Source: Lama guanicoe
Lineage: Eukaryota
Assembly: GCA_013239625.1 (NCBI GenBank)
Contig: MU053629.1
Location: 4,243,753-4,307,566, forward strand
Length of the DNA stretch: 63,814 nucleotides
Reading direction: 5' to 3'
Part shown: one piece after another, positions 26,090-38,974 of the stretch
Numbering within the stretch: position 1 is the stretch's first letter
Layout: every line of letters begins with the position of its first letter
Translations under genes and position numbers: made by a program
Notes under the pieces: generated by a model
The model's input: the letters and a program-made list of their open reading frames with translations, nothing else
Database searches by the model: none
What the model was told of the DNA's origin: nothing

Positions 26090-28050
26090 TTTTGTCCAGT
26101 CAATTTCTCAGCACGTGACTCTCAAATCCATGCCTCCAACCCAACCTGTGCCTTGAGCGCCACAACTTTAACTTCCAGCTGCCCGTTAAACGTGATCGAC
26201 GACGACGCGCCCCAGACTCGGTCATCCTCCACCTCGCTCGAGCCGAGTGCCCTTTCCTGACTGCCCCCCATGTTCATCAGGGGTCTCCCGGCCTCCCCTC
26301 CTCAGCCTCCAAGTCCAGGGCAGCTGGTTGCATTCCTTTTCCTTGTCCCCCACCCCCTGTGCAGCTGCCCCTGCTGATCAGACCTCCCTCTGGAAAGGCT
26401 GTGACATCGGGCTTCTGCCTGGCCCCCTCACACAATCTCTTCTTCTGGGGCCCACGCCTCCTCCTCCTCCTCCTCCTCCTCCCCCCGTGCTGATATCCCC
26501 AGACCACTGTGTGTACTCCTGACATTCCTCCCTGAGGGATCCCGTCTGCCAGCATGACTTCAAGCCACATAAATGCTAATGAGCCTCAAATCAGGATTTA
26601 TAGCCCAGACATCAATCCCCAGCCTCAGACTCGTATCCAACAGCCTGCCAGCTGCTGGTACATGGAGGGGCCACAGATGCCTCAAACTCAGTGTAAATCG
26701 GGAGTTCATCGCCGCCTTATTAAACCACCTCCCTCTCCTGGCCTCCAGCCTCGCTTTTGTCAGGACTCTTTAGTCGCAGCCACAAAGTCGCCATCGTCCA
26801 GCACTGCCTCACTCCCCACAGCCCACTGGTCCAGCTCCTCCACACTCATGACCCTGTACCCAGCATCCTCTGGCGCCTGGACCACTACCTGCATGGCTCC
26901 CTAACTGCTCCCCTGGCCGCCAGCCTGCTCTCCCAGAGATGCACCATCCACCCCGCCCTCAGTGACCCACCGGACCTGCGCGGCGCCCCCCCACCCCACA
27001 GCACAGACCCTAAGGCAGTTCACATGGCCACGTGACCCTCACCATCTGGCCGCGACCCACCCTCACAGCTCGCTGCCTCACCCCTGCCCCCCAGCCTGGT
27101 GTAGCGCAGTTCCTTGTATATCACACCAGCCCCCCTGACGACTCGGCTTGGGACGGCAACTCCCCTTCCCCAGTCTACACCCCCGGCCACACCCCCTACC
27201 CCAGCCTGAAACACCACCAGTTCACGTGGCTAACCTCCACTAAATGCTTTGAGACTCAGTTCAGACCTGGCCTCCAGGGAGGCCTTCCACACGTCCCTCC
27301 ATCACCAGTCTCAACTGTGTGTCCGTCCACTCCTCCAGGCCGAGCTCCCTGACAGCAGGGTCTACACCTTATTCTTGTTCCCTGAAGAATTCCTACATCG
27401 TATTCTTTCCGCCACCACATATTTTTGCTAAATTGAGTGAGTTAGTGCCCACACGTAGTAGATTCTACCTTAGCAATATCTCTTCCATCCATTTCCACTG
27501 TGCCATCCCCCATGTAAGTCCTTTCATGTGGCTGAAGGCATACCACCAACGTTCAGTTTCTCCTTACCTTTTACCACAGCGATCCCAGCAGTCTCCTAAT
27601 TTGTCTCCCTCTAGCCCAGGGCTGGCAAGTGCAGGGCAACGTTACCATTTCCTCTTTATCCAGGGCGAAAACCACTCATCACAGCGCTCAGTCCATTCTC
27701 AGCCTCAGAATCCTTCTCAACACAGCTCTGCAACAGCTGGTGTTGGCTAATGCTGCTGCCAGACTTCCCTGGAATGAATGGTTGTGGCTCCATGTCTTTT
27801 CTGCTCTAAACCCCTTGGCTTCTTGATTACCTCAAGAGTAGGCACATAGTGTTAAGGATCTCAACATCACTCCCTCCTTATCTACCAGTAATTTCTCTAA
27901 GTGGGTTACTGGGGTTTTCCTAGCATAAACCCTTGTTTCCTTATTTCTGTACCTTCGTTCATGCTATAACTTCCACTAAGAATTCTGCAGCCTCCACCCA
28001 CCTATCTGCCCAAAGTCTCGTCCCAATAGCTCAATTCAAGCATCACTTCT
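26090..28050 (+). mobile_element. Cluster of degenerate L2 fragments between the two genes
   Basis: L2-like motifs such as gacttcaagccacataaatgctaatgagcctcaaatcaggatttatagccc and gctcaattcaagcatcacttcttc. Boundaries approximate. Confidence 0.55.
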
Positions 28051-30709
28051 TCAGTCAATGGGTCTCAGTGTCTCTCTGGCCAGCAGCATTAGTGTCACCT
28101 GGGGAGGGAGAGCCCCACCTCCCCAGACCCCCCACCAAGACCCTGGGGCAGGGCCCTGCAGGTGATTCTGACGTGGGCTCAAGTTTTGAGAGCCACCGCT
28201 CCACGGCGCATTTTACGCCCTTCCCAACCCGCTCCGCGCTCTCCTTCCCAGAGCAGCTGAGGCTGGGCACAGCACCCCTCACAGCCAGCTCAGCATTCCC
28301 CTCTTGTGGCCTCGCCCTGCTCTCCCCCTTCTCCCACCTGAGGTGGACGCTGAGCTCCCGGAGAACCCAACCCATACCCTTACCCAAGTCCGCGGCCCGG
28401 CACCAGGAAGGGTCCCCGTCGAGTCAGTGCTCGCTTCCCCTCACCCGGATAAAGCAACAGGTTCCAGGTGCTTGTTCTCAGCTTCAAGTTTGAGGCCTTC
28501 TAACACCATCAAAGGCTTCCTGACAATTTCTTGGAGCGACACGATTGATGCAGACTATGTTGTCCTTGGGCTTCAGATGAAGAGAGTCTTCTCTCCTAAA
28601 TTACGCTGCTGTTTCCATCAAGTTTCTACCCCACGTCTCACCTAACCTATGTTTTGCAGCATTAGAGCCACCTGGTTGGTGAGAGACAGGGAGAGGCAGT
28701 GGCTGGTCACATCCTTCATAGGAGAGAACCAGGGAGGATGGCGTGGCTTGTTAATGCCTCCCAGATTTGTAGCTGTGGGGAGCAAGGACTTGGAGCCTAT
28801 CAACATATGCACAGATAATAAAGGGTTTTAGAGGAAAAAAAATTGTTTTTCTTCCCAAACCTGTGTTCCAAAGAAGCAATTGTAACCATTAGGTCCAGGT
28901 TTTGAATCAGGACCTCTCCAACAAGAAACAAAAGTAGAACTGCCCATCATTAAGAGCTGGAACGGGGCTCAGCAGTGTTCCAACAACACACCCACGCTGT
29001 TACTATCACCTCTTTTCAGTTCTTCCTTGTGCAAATCTGAGAAACACCTCAGTATCGAGAGAGACACTTCCCACGCTAGAAGAACTGTTAACTCACACTT
29101 AACTACGAATAAAGCACCTAGGGCAAGACCTGTGATGTTAGTACCAGGCACAGGTAATGCCCCAAATAGAAAACTCTGAGAATTTCTAAGAGCTTTTCTG
29201 CAAGAACTTACACGCCAACAGCGCAAGGAGGAGATTACCCGACTAAACCCCAAGTGGAATCCAAATCAAAACTAGGACTTTGCCCCGCGCAGTCAGCGTG
29301 CTGCTTTCATGAACATACAAGTTATGGGAAAGGTAACTGTTGGGGCGTTGTTTTCAAGCCAAGCCTGTACTAAGGTGGTCCATGTGACCCGATTTTTCAC
29401 ACCTTCTCCACCTACAGTCCTCTGTAAGATCTGGCATTTAATGAGAGAATGCTGCAGCTAAACTGTCCCGTTTCAAAATTTGTCGGGGGTGGGGGTGGGG
29501 GCGGGTGAAGGGCAGCTCTTAACTCACTGCTCTGAACTCATCCAGCATTCTCTGGAACTGTCTCCATCAATCAGAATGTTCAATGAATCAAACCTCTGAC
29601 CGCACTGGACACATGTTGGCTAAATTTAGCTTTGCATCAGCAAACACTCCAGCTCAGAATAGTTCAGGAAGCTCTCATCTTACCCTTAGACAGTGATTCT
29701 TCTAAGGCTGCTTTTCCGCAGCGGGCCAAGGCAGGGCAAGGGGCGCTCCACGTGCTCTCTCGACGGCCATTGTTCAGAGACCGGCCTAAGGTCAGGGCAT
29801 CTGACAAGCCTCGGCAAAAATGCTTCTCCCCACCTCCCCACGGCGTGAACACAAAGTCAGCCGCGTATCATCTGTCACGTGTCAGAAGGTGTCTGCAGTG
29901 ATGGCCTGACACGCTCTGTGGTCCTTGAACCACATCCCATGTTACTCAGCCATCTAAAAAGTCTAGCTTCCCTGAATCTCCAGCTTCTCTGAATTAGATG
30001 TGGCCAAGTTCTATAAATAGAGAGCAAGCAAACTGGGTCTGTCAATCTTCTTGTATTCTGGCAGGAAAACGTATTTTAAAATTATAAAAATATCTATGTC
30101 TTCATCACTCTAAAATTATTATATAACACATGAATTTTCTCAGACAAAAAAAGTTTATTCTTGTCTCTCCCTACCTTTAACACTCATGGACCTTAAAACT
30201 TTGATCATATCCGTCGAACTGTCAAATCCAAATCCAAACCAACATTAAGGGCCTACTAAGTGTCAGACACTGTTACACAAACAGAAACACATTTAAGGGG
30301 GAAAAAAAAAAACCTGAGTTTCTCATTTTAAATCCCAGATAGACAGGCCATAATAACCTGGACCTGGGGTGGCACGTCCATAGGTCACTTTGTATAGACT
30401 GCAATTTTTATTGCACTATTAGCTCACAATAAGTTTTCTTAAAATGGGCCTTTAAAAAAATGGGCCTTTATTAGATACCACTGGGTGCTTTAACCCCACA
30501 TGTCCCCTACAAGGAGCCAATATTCCCAGATAGCTAAGATCATGAGTAAGTATTAACACACATGCATGATGGATTCTAAAAGAGTGAGTCTGACAAACTC
30601 TTATATTATTCGTTATTTATACCTAAACCAGTGAAGGCAGGCTTCACCCCGGCCCCACACACCCCTTCTACGGAAAAACAACAAAATCATAAAAATACAC
30701 ATAAGCAGA

Positions 30710-32409
30710 CTTTATAAATAAATCACATTTTAATCACCTGGCCTTATTTAATCCACAAAATCAAGTTCACAGCTTTTTCTAGTCTGTTTTCTCTAACCAT
30801 GTACCTAATGTATTTTCTGAAAACTTTCAGGTTTTAAGAAAACCACATGCCACGTTTCATTTTGCAACCCCGGCACCAGCTTCCCTTACATTCCCGACCA
30901 ATGGCTAATGCAGTTACCTCAAAGAAACACTGATGGCATGGTGGTAAACTACAGTCTCAAAGACTTTCAGAATATTGGGAGGGGGGGGGGGACAAGACAG
31001 CCTCCTGTGTGCCCTGGAATGGCTCTTCCTGAATGCTCCGATCACTGAACCCGTCCCTCCTGTGGTCTCCCTGGCCCGCGACCTGCAGCATTTGGTCCCT
31101 CCTGCCATCTGTCTCAGGCTCTGCAGAGCTTAGAAGGTGCTGCACGGAGGGGTCTGAAGCTGGTTTCTGCTGGTGAACTCAGGGGCTGAGAGTTCACACT
31201 AGGCCGGGAGCAGTTCTTGGCCCGCGTGCCCGGAGCCGGTTCACAGCCAGGGCAGTGAGCACCACAGTGAAGGCTAAGGATGTGCGTTTCCAAGTGTCTC
31301 CAGAACAGGAAGACGCCTTTGATTTGCTGTACTTGCTACTCTTGCTGTGGAAACCTCCCCTTTGGCGATCGGTTTCCCTGGGGCTGACCCACACCTCCTG
31401 GAAGTGACACAAGGGACTCAGGGTTCACTGCCCAACATCTCACATCCTCTCCCAGCAAGCCCGCTCCTTAGTGTTACTATGTTGGCAGTGATCTCCGGCT
31501 TTGAGAGAGAAAGGAGGAAGCTCACCTTGTTTTGAGGGTATAAGGTGTGGCAACACAGCTCTGACATCTCGAGTAGCAGGGGACAATTCTGGGATGAAGA
31601 AAAATTTCTTCATGGTAATACTAACGCTAAAATCTCAGGATACGATAATACTGTTGCCACGGCCCACACAGGGAGTTCCTTAAGTTTCTCTCCCTCTCTC
31701 ACGTGCTGTCCCTCTCCAGTGACGTGCTAGAGAGGGATTTACTTTACCCCTACCAGAGTAGGAACCTCTTGCATCATTTACTATAGTCTAAAAATTCACA
31801 CTGGTTTCTCAACAATTCTAGCATGAGCTCAGATACTATAACTTCAAATGAAATGCCCAGATGCATTTTTTTTTTTTAAAAAGCTAGAGACTATCGTCAG
31901 GGCCAGTGGCTTTGGCCCCATCTCTACAACAGCACAAATCACATCTAAAGCTTCTTCCTTTCCCCCGGCAAAAGCATCAAACCTCAGGGCAAGTTCCTTG
32001 AAAGAGAAAATCCAGAACACCCAGGAAAGGTGGCCCCAGCTCCGGCTCTGCAGTAACAAGTGTGAGTGCAGGGGATGCTACGGAAAAGACTGACTGGGGC
32101 TGGCCTGGTGCGCCTTCCTCTTCAACGTGGGCAAATCACACGGGCCTTAGAGCCTCATCCGACTGCCATTCCTAAACAAAAAAGTGTATATTTGAAAAAT
32201 TCTCACTCCTTATTGTCATTCACACTCTCCTACAATATACCAAGGGAGAAGAGATTTCTCCTTAACCCCTACTGAAAAGTAGAATTAAGGGGACCCTATA
32301 AACAAGTCAGGTGGCCAACGTGATAACCGGACGTTCAGCAAAAGATGACTGGGTTGAGCAGGGAAGGGTCTCAGAGTCAGCCTGTCAGCCAAGCCCTAAC
32401 ATGAGCAAT
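30710..32409 (-). other. AAGAB: AAGAB 3'UTR (~1.7 kb)
   Basis: Follows the stop codon on the minus strand and ends near tandem ATTAAA hexamers. The 3' end is approximate. Confidence 0.65.
30729..30752 (-). terminator. AAGAB polyadenylation signals (two ATTAAA) with downstream GU/U-rich element
   Basis: Plus-strand tttaat at 30729-30734 and 30747-30752. Downstream on the minus strand is GTGTATTTTTATGATTTTGTTGTTTTT (plus 30674-30700). Confidence 0.6.
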
Positions 32410-32487
32410 TCAGTGTTCTTCATCAGATGAAAGGCCTTCAATTTCATCTCTGTCTCCCCCAATTGCCATCCAGAATGCCTTGGCCAC
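32410..32487 (-). CDS. AAGAB: AAGAB terminal coding exon (78 nt including TGA)
   Basis: Minus strand ctcgccag|GTGGCC...; translates [25 protein letters not shown], the recalled AAGAB C-terminus. Confidence 0.96.
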   Translation of the reverse strand: MAKAFWMAIGGDRDEIEGLSSDEEH

Positions 32488-33136
32488 CTGGCGAGAGAGG
32501 CAAGCAACGAATCTTAGGCAACAGTTGTACTTCAGCTCATTTCATGTGTCATACATGGAACTGATTAAGACTTAAAATTCTACACCTTGCCCTCCAGCGC
32601 TCTGGCAACGGATATCTCGAACGTCCCAACCCAGTTCTTACATTTCTACAATTTATAGTGAGGACAGAATCAGAGTCGTACACATAAGTGTTAAGAATGT
32701 GCCCAGCTTCACTACAGAGGCAAAAAATGCACATGACTTAAATGTCCAAAAGGGACCTGGGTAAATAGATTATGCCACCTTCACACAATGGGACACTGTA
32801 ATCCACACATGCTTCCCTCCAAGAACAGGTGTTGCATGGGTAATAACCACCCAAAATTGAACAAAACAAAATAATTAAGAGTTTTCCAGCCTCACAAACA
32901 GCTGGGAAGGCAAACATCCTGAGTCTCAATGTTTCATGTCACTCAACATACACTGGGCAATCCTGGTTTGACCGCAGCAACTGTATCACGACTGTGTAAA
33001 CAGTCAATTAACTAAAAGTTAATACCCAATTACAAGCTCACACTAGGACACTAAGGAGTGAACAAGTGTGACATATAATTCCAACAGCACTGGACCTTTG
33101 GTAGGAACTCAATAAATACACGACTGATTTTCTCAC

Positions 33137-33186
33137 CTTCTCTGCATGCAACTTTCTCTGCTCGTGAGGAAGCGTCGCAGCCTTGT
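33137..33186 (-). CDS. AAGAB: AAGAB coding exon, 50 nt (probably exon 9)
   Basis: Minus strand ccccctag|ACAAG...AGAAG|gtgaga; translates DKAATLPHEQRKLHAEK. Confidence 0.95.
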
Positions 33187-33640
33187 CTAGGGGGAAAATA
33201 CATCTTAAGAAATTCATCTAATAGCACGGGAGCATCTGGAGTGGATGGATGTTCTAACGCTAGAAGATGGGAGATGGGTTTCAAAGACACATGTTTATGG
33301 TGTGGTCATTACATCTGTTAGGAAGTTTAAGTCTTCCAGATTTTCCAGATGGGAATGATGTGGGGAAACTGGTAGGGATCTGACTGATTCCATGTTAATG
33401 ACACACTGAAAGAGAGAGAGAAAGGCAAGAGAAGAAGGGAAAGTAAGAGAAAAAAGAATGAAGAGGAAAAGGTCCCCCAGGGAATTTTTACCAACAGAGG
33501 ATGGCGCAGTCCGCCAGCAGCTAAGTTTCTCAGATGAGACTAGAGTAAGGGCTACAGCAGCAGTTACAAAGTTAACTCCTACTACACACAACACAGGAGC
33601 ATCAGTGTGGGAGCCCGGGAGACACAATGGATCGGATTAC

Positions 33641-33745
33641 CTTTCATTTCCTTTAACTTTGAAAACAGTCTTTCAAAATTCTCCAAATCTCCTCCGCCTG
33701 TGGTAAGACTGGCCAGTTCTTGAATATCCAGGTCTAACGTGGGAT
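33641..33745 (-). CDS. AAGAB: AAGAB coding exon, 105 nt (probably exon 8)
   Basis: Minus strand ctttcag|ATCCC...GAAAG|gtaatc; translates [35 protein letters not shown]. Confidence 0.96.
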
Positions 33746-34869
33746 CTGAAAGAAGGATTTGCCTCGCGTTATGTACGTACGTGCTAAATACACAGAAGCC
33801 TACAGCAATCCAGCTAGCTTGGGTCAGACTGCGCCCCAGCGGCACGGCCCACGGTGCTTCCTGCCGCGCGGCTGCTGGCGGGCCCTCCGTAAGTGTGCAG
33901 TCACTGGTCCTGGCCTTACGACACTGTAACAACCAACACCGTGTCCATCCTGGAGAAAACTAGAGCTCAGAGTTCAGGCGACTTGCTCAAGGTCACGCTA
34001 GTTAAGTGTGACCTTGGTAGTCAGACTTAGGTGCTTCCAACTCTAAAGGCCATGCCCTCCACCTAAGGTACACTGAGTCAATAAACGCCTGAAATTTAGA
34101 CCAAATTTTACTGTACAACAAATATTTTCATATCCATTACTAACAACCACGTAAGGTGCTTAGGACAGATATCACTGTCCACATGAAGCAACCTGGGCTT
34201 AACAAGGAACGCATCTAGAATTACAGCTGTTCAGAAGCAGAGCCAAATTCCTGTTTTCGTACTACAAATCCTACTGTGTCTACCTCAGCATGTGACCTCT
34301 CTACCAAAGTCTGTTTCTAATCAGAATTTTTACTCATCCTCCATTCTGGGCCGACCACCTCTAGGACATCTTCCTGCCCGTCCCAGATCACAGGTCTCCA
34401 TCCTTTGAATTTGTCCCACACTTGGTGTTTATAGGGCTGCCTTGGCACTGGCATACGCTACTGTGTATTCTGACATCTCTCCACCATCACTGCAGCACAT
34501 ACCACAGTAAGAGAGAGAGTTTGCTTTGTCTGCACCACCAAGTGCTTGAACTTAACACGAATCCATTTCCTTTTGTGCAACCGCGTTATAAGGAAAGATT
34601 TTACACCCATTTTATAGATGGGCCAACTAAGGCCCACAGAGGCTAAATAACTTACTCAAGGTCATCTCACTCCTAATGCTAAAGTCATTACTTGAAACGA
34701 GTTGTCCAGGACTCCAAGGCCATGGCTTTACCCATTACATTATAAAGCTTGTCTCTGCATTTTTTGACCATAAGCTCCTTGAAGACAAGGATAATAACAT
34801 AACTCTTTGCATCTACTACCATGCCACATAGATAATTTGATGTTAAAAATGCATTTGGTGAATAAATCT

Positions 34870-35350
34870 GCTTTAGTTCGATGGGCAGTTGGCATATAGG
34901 GCTAGAGATAAAAATTTGTGATTTACCTGTGTATACGTGATAATTAAACCGTGGATGTGGAGAGAACCACATCATGCTTAAATACAGATTTAGAAGAGGA
35001 GTGCAGACGGAACATTGAGGAATGGCAATATTTAAAGGCTGGGGATAGGAGGGGAACCTTCCAAAGAAAGAGAAGGAATAATCAGAGAAATAGGAAGGCC
35101 ACCAGGAGATGTGCTGGGGGAGTCAAGAGAAGATAATGTTTGGAAAAGGGATTGATCCCTAACACTGAATGTCACCATGAGGTCAAGGTGAGGACAGGAG
35201 GTCATCTATTAGATTTAGTGGCATGGAGGTGGTCGCTGGTGAGCTGTTTTAGTGGAAAATGGGAGCAAGAGCTAGGTGGAGGTCAGTTGAGGAATAAATG
35301 AGAGGCAAAGAATGGAAATGAGTTTAGTAAAGAAAAAAGGAAGGAGATGT
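34870..35350 (-). mobile_element. L2 fragment
   Basis: Purine-rich reverse L2 motifs (gggctagagataaaaatttg; ttagatttagtggcatggaggtggtcgctggtgagctgttttagtgg). Confidence 0.6.
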
Positions 35351-35394
35351 GGAGTTGAGGGAGCGTTTCACTTTTGTTGGCTTGGTTTTGCCTT

Positions 35395-36950
35395 TTTTAA
35401 AATTTTCAAGTAATTTCAGTCTTACAAAAAAAGCTGTGCAAATAGTACAGAACATTCCCGTATGCCCTTCCCCAACCACCCCCCGCCCCGCGCCCACCTT
35501 AGCGTTAACATCTTAGGTAACCAGAGTACAATTACAACGTCAAGAAGTTAATAATGGAACAGTGCTATTAACTAAATTACAGACTTCATTCAAACATCGT
35601 CAGTTTTTCCACTAATACCCTTTTTTTCTGCTCCAGGATCCAATCCAGGATTCTACACAGAATTCAGCTGTCAAACCTCCTTAATCTTCTCCAGTGTGTG
35701 ACTGTTGCTAAGTCTTTCCTTGTCTTTCATGATTTTGACATTTCTGCAGAATACCTGGTCAGTTACTTTGTATCGTATCCCTCAGTCTGGGTTTGTCTGA
35801 TGCCGTCATGTTACTAGGTGGAGGCTATGGCCCTTTGGCAGGAACACCACAGAAGTGAGTGCCCTTTCGGGGCATCACATCGGGGGGAGATGACGTCAAC
35901 ACGACTGATCACTGTGATGAAATCTTCATCACTTTGAGGGTTATCTGCTGGGTTTCTCCTGTATATAGTCACTATCTTCCCCTTTGTAATAAATACATAA
36001 CTGGGGAGAGATACTTTTAGACTGCAAATGTGTTTCTTCCCAAACTTTCACCTACTGATTTTACCATCCATCAGTGGATCTTGCCTACAACTATCACTGT
36101 GCTGTGCGGCTAACGGTGAGTTTCTAGTTCCCTCAGAACATCTATATTTATTCACTGGAATTCTTCTGTAAGGGGAGCAGCCCTTTCTTTCCTAGTTATG
36201 TATTTACTCAATTATTTATTCAAATTAGTGTGTATTCACAGACACGTGTTTTATTCTATAGGTTACAGCTCAATACTGTATTAATTTACTTTGCTGATCA
36301 AGGTGTTCTAGCTTTAGCCAAAGGGAGCTCTCTCAGGTGGTTCCTGTGCCCTTTCAACATGCCCCCATTCTTTTTTTGAGCACTTGCTGGCGCCATGAGA
36401 TGCTCCAGGTACATCCTGGACTTTTCCTGCTCCAGCCCTGGATCAACCACTTCTCCAAGTAGCCCTGGTACCTTTTCTTGGAGAATGGTATTTAGAAACC
36501 AAGATCTCAGTGCTAAGTGTGCCCACTGCTATCAGAGTATTGTGCTTCTGAGACCCTCTGAGTGGACAGAGCTAGGAAGTGTGCATACACGTGTGCACTA
36601 ACACATGCATACACATAGCTATGTTTATTTCTCAACTGCTCTTACTGTATTTTAAAAACCACGAGTTCATCCTGATGCTTTCAATTCTAGTCTAGCACCA
36701 AAGGGTCATCCCAGCTTCCCCCTTTCCTTATTGGTAACTTCTCTGACAGTGAGAAACCCAGCTCTCTTTATCCACACTTTATTTTTTCAACCGTAATACA
36801 TGTAAAATATATTTAATTTCAGAATTTTGAATCCATACCCCTGCAAGAATCAAACTGACTAAGTAGAGGGCAGTATTTGTGTTCAGTTCGTGCTGTTCTC
36901 GGCCTCGTGGTATCCGGGCAGAATACCATTTCCCCAAGGTCTCCGAGTTC
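35395..36950 (-). mobile_element. Ancient L1 (L1MC/MD-like) 3' end
   Basis: Motifs such as aagtaatttcagtcttacaaaaaaagctg, ccaggatccaatccagga and gatgctccaggtacatcctggacttttcctgctccagccctgga. Subfamily uncertain. Confidence 0.65.
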
Positions 36951-37486
36951 ATTCTTATCCTCCCCACCGCCTTCAGCTGCTCAGTGGTTTGTTTTCACGG
37001 CAGAGACCTTAGCAGGTTTCAAAGCTAATAGGAAGGAGTCCATTGAGAGGACAAGGCTGAATAAACTGGGAGGAAAAAAGACTCCATGTAATTTATGCCT
37101 CTTATTGTTTCCATAACCACCTACTTGAGTTTTCTACATGGATTATCTTATAAACAGAAAAAAGAACGCTTTAGAAATTCGTTACTGCACGCGGGCCCTC
37201 TGCGGTATAAAGAGAATGCAGAGATGTCGGTAGTTCCCGACAAAAGAACGTTTATCGTTACTGTCAGTTAAGCCCCTTGGCTTTCTGGCTTTTGGACAGC
37301 AAACTCAATTCCAGCTTCCGTCCCAGGACTTTCTTGTTAGATGCCCTTCGGCAAGTTATTAAACTGCTCTGGGCCTCACCTTCATCTCTGTAAAAGAACT
37401 TCACTGCCAACCTTTATTACCAAATGAGAATGTGGACATAAAAGAACTTTGAAAGGACATGAGAGGGCTTATAAAGCTGCATCATT

Positions 37487-37627
37487 CTTTTTCTTTTTAA
37501 TTTTATTTTTTAGTTTGATTTTTGGGATGGGGGTACTTAGGTTTCTTTGTTTATTTTTAATGGAGGTTGAACCTAGGACCTCGTGCGTGCTGGACATACA
37601 CTCTACCACTGAGCTATACCCTCCCCC
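37487..37627 (-). mobile_element. tRNA-derived SINE (Vic-1-like)
   Basis: Reverse complement begins GGGGGAGGGTATAGCTCAGTGGTAGAGTGTATG; the tail appears as a T-rich run on the plus strand. Confidence 0.85.
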
Positions 37628-37974
37628 TGTATTATTCTCGTTACCATCAATTCTGACTATTGTGAAATACTGCGAAAAAACTGGAAGATGGAGATATAAA
37701 TCTGTTTCACTCCCTGGTTCTGTCTGTTTTTGCTGAGAGGATCTGAATCAAGATCCTACTAAGAGAATCAGGGAGCAAATGGCACCCACAGATCTGCAAT
37801 GCGTTTAGTCTCCCTCCGTTCTCTGACAGCCATCCTCAAGGCTCACGCTCACGTGGGATGCGCTGTCGAGTTTCTTCCCCAGCCCTCACTTAAAGTCGGT
37901 TCCCCTCTGGATGATTTATGCCCCGACACACTGGCTACTGCAAGTTCCACAGAGCAGCCAGAGGAGGAACGTAC

Positions 37975-38071
37975 CCACAACGCTGTCGGCCTGAGTGTCT
38001 CCCGTGTTAGACGCGCCACCTGGGTGATCCGAGAGGGAGTCGGTCCTATCTGCCGCCGGCAAACGGGGCTG
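37975..38071 (-). CDS. AAGAB: AAGAB coding exon, 97 nt (probably exon 7; 100 or 94 nt with alternative acceptors)
   Basis: Minus strand cctcagcag|CAGCCC...GTGG|gtacgt; translates QPRLPAADRTDSLSDHPGGASNTGDTQADSVV. Phase is compatible with both flanking exons. Confidence 0.9.
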
Positions 38072-38891
38072 CTGCTGAGGAACACACACACAAGCAACAA
38101 CTGAACAGGAGGCTGCTCCAGAACTAAACCCAAAAGGCTCACTCTTCCACTCGCTGGTTAGCTTTAGAGAAACAGGAAATAGGAGCTGGAGACCAGGAGA
38201 GGTGGGGGAAGGGTCAAGGTCACATTAAAAAAAAAAAAAGGCTAAAAAGTCACAAACTCAGGAGTGTTTTTCCTCCAGGAAAAATCAGAAAGTGTTATGA
38301 TTTTGCTACTGACTATTAAAACATATTGTTTGTTTTGTCTAAGACCCTGTTTTAGTCAAAATCTGAGAATGTAGAAGATCCGATCACAAACAGCTCAGAG
38401 ACTGAGGAAGAAGGTCCTGGAAAGACCCCGTGGCCCAGTGTGCACGATGTGCAAACCTGGACCCAGGTCCTGAGGACAGAGCGCTGAAATCGGCCTGTTA
38501 AACTCATTAAGGGCAAAGACCTTGCTTCAGATTTGTACAGTACACAGGAAGTACTTCAAAAGAACCATTAATTTTACTTTATATTTAAAGATCTGGAGGC
38601 AATTTTATACCTCAAGGATATTCCAGCACATTTTTAAAGCACTTTAGCAAAAACACACAGAACAGCCCAAACTGCAAACATCTCAAAAGGGCTACTGCTT
38701 TAACGCTGGACTAGCCTGCTCTCAACAGGTAGCAAGCAGAAGACGGCTGTTTTAGGTTCTCCTTTTATCTATTTCTAATATTCTTTGCCACCTCTTAAAT
38801 GGAAAGGGAAAGAAGGTAAATGGTGCAGATTCACAGTGATGAGTAGAAATGAAAAGCCAAAGCAGAGAAAAGACCCAGGAAAAATCCTCAC

Positions 38892-38974
38892 CTCCGAGTG
38901 GCAGGGCTCCGCTGGTCCAAGGCTATGGTTTGCTCCAGCCAGTGAGCTGAGAAGGCTAAAGCCCTGGTTCCTAT
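38892..38974 (-). CDS. AAGAB: AAGAB (alpha/gamma-adaptin-binding protein p34) coding exon, 83 nt (probably exon 6)
   Basis: Minus strand ttttcag|ATAGG...TCGGAG|gtgagg; translates (D)RNQGFSLLSSLAGANHSLGPAEPCHSE, similar to recalled human DRNQGFSLLNSLTGTNHSIGSADPCHPE. Confidence 0.92.
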
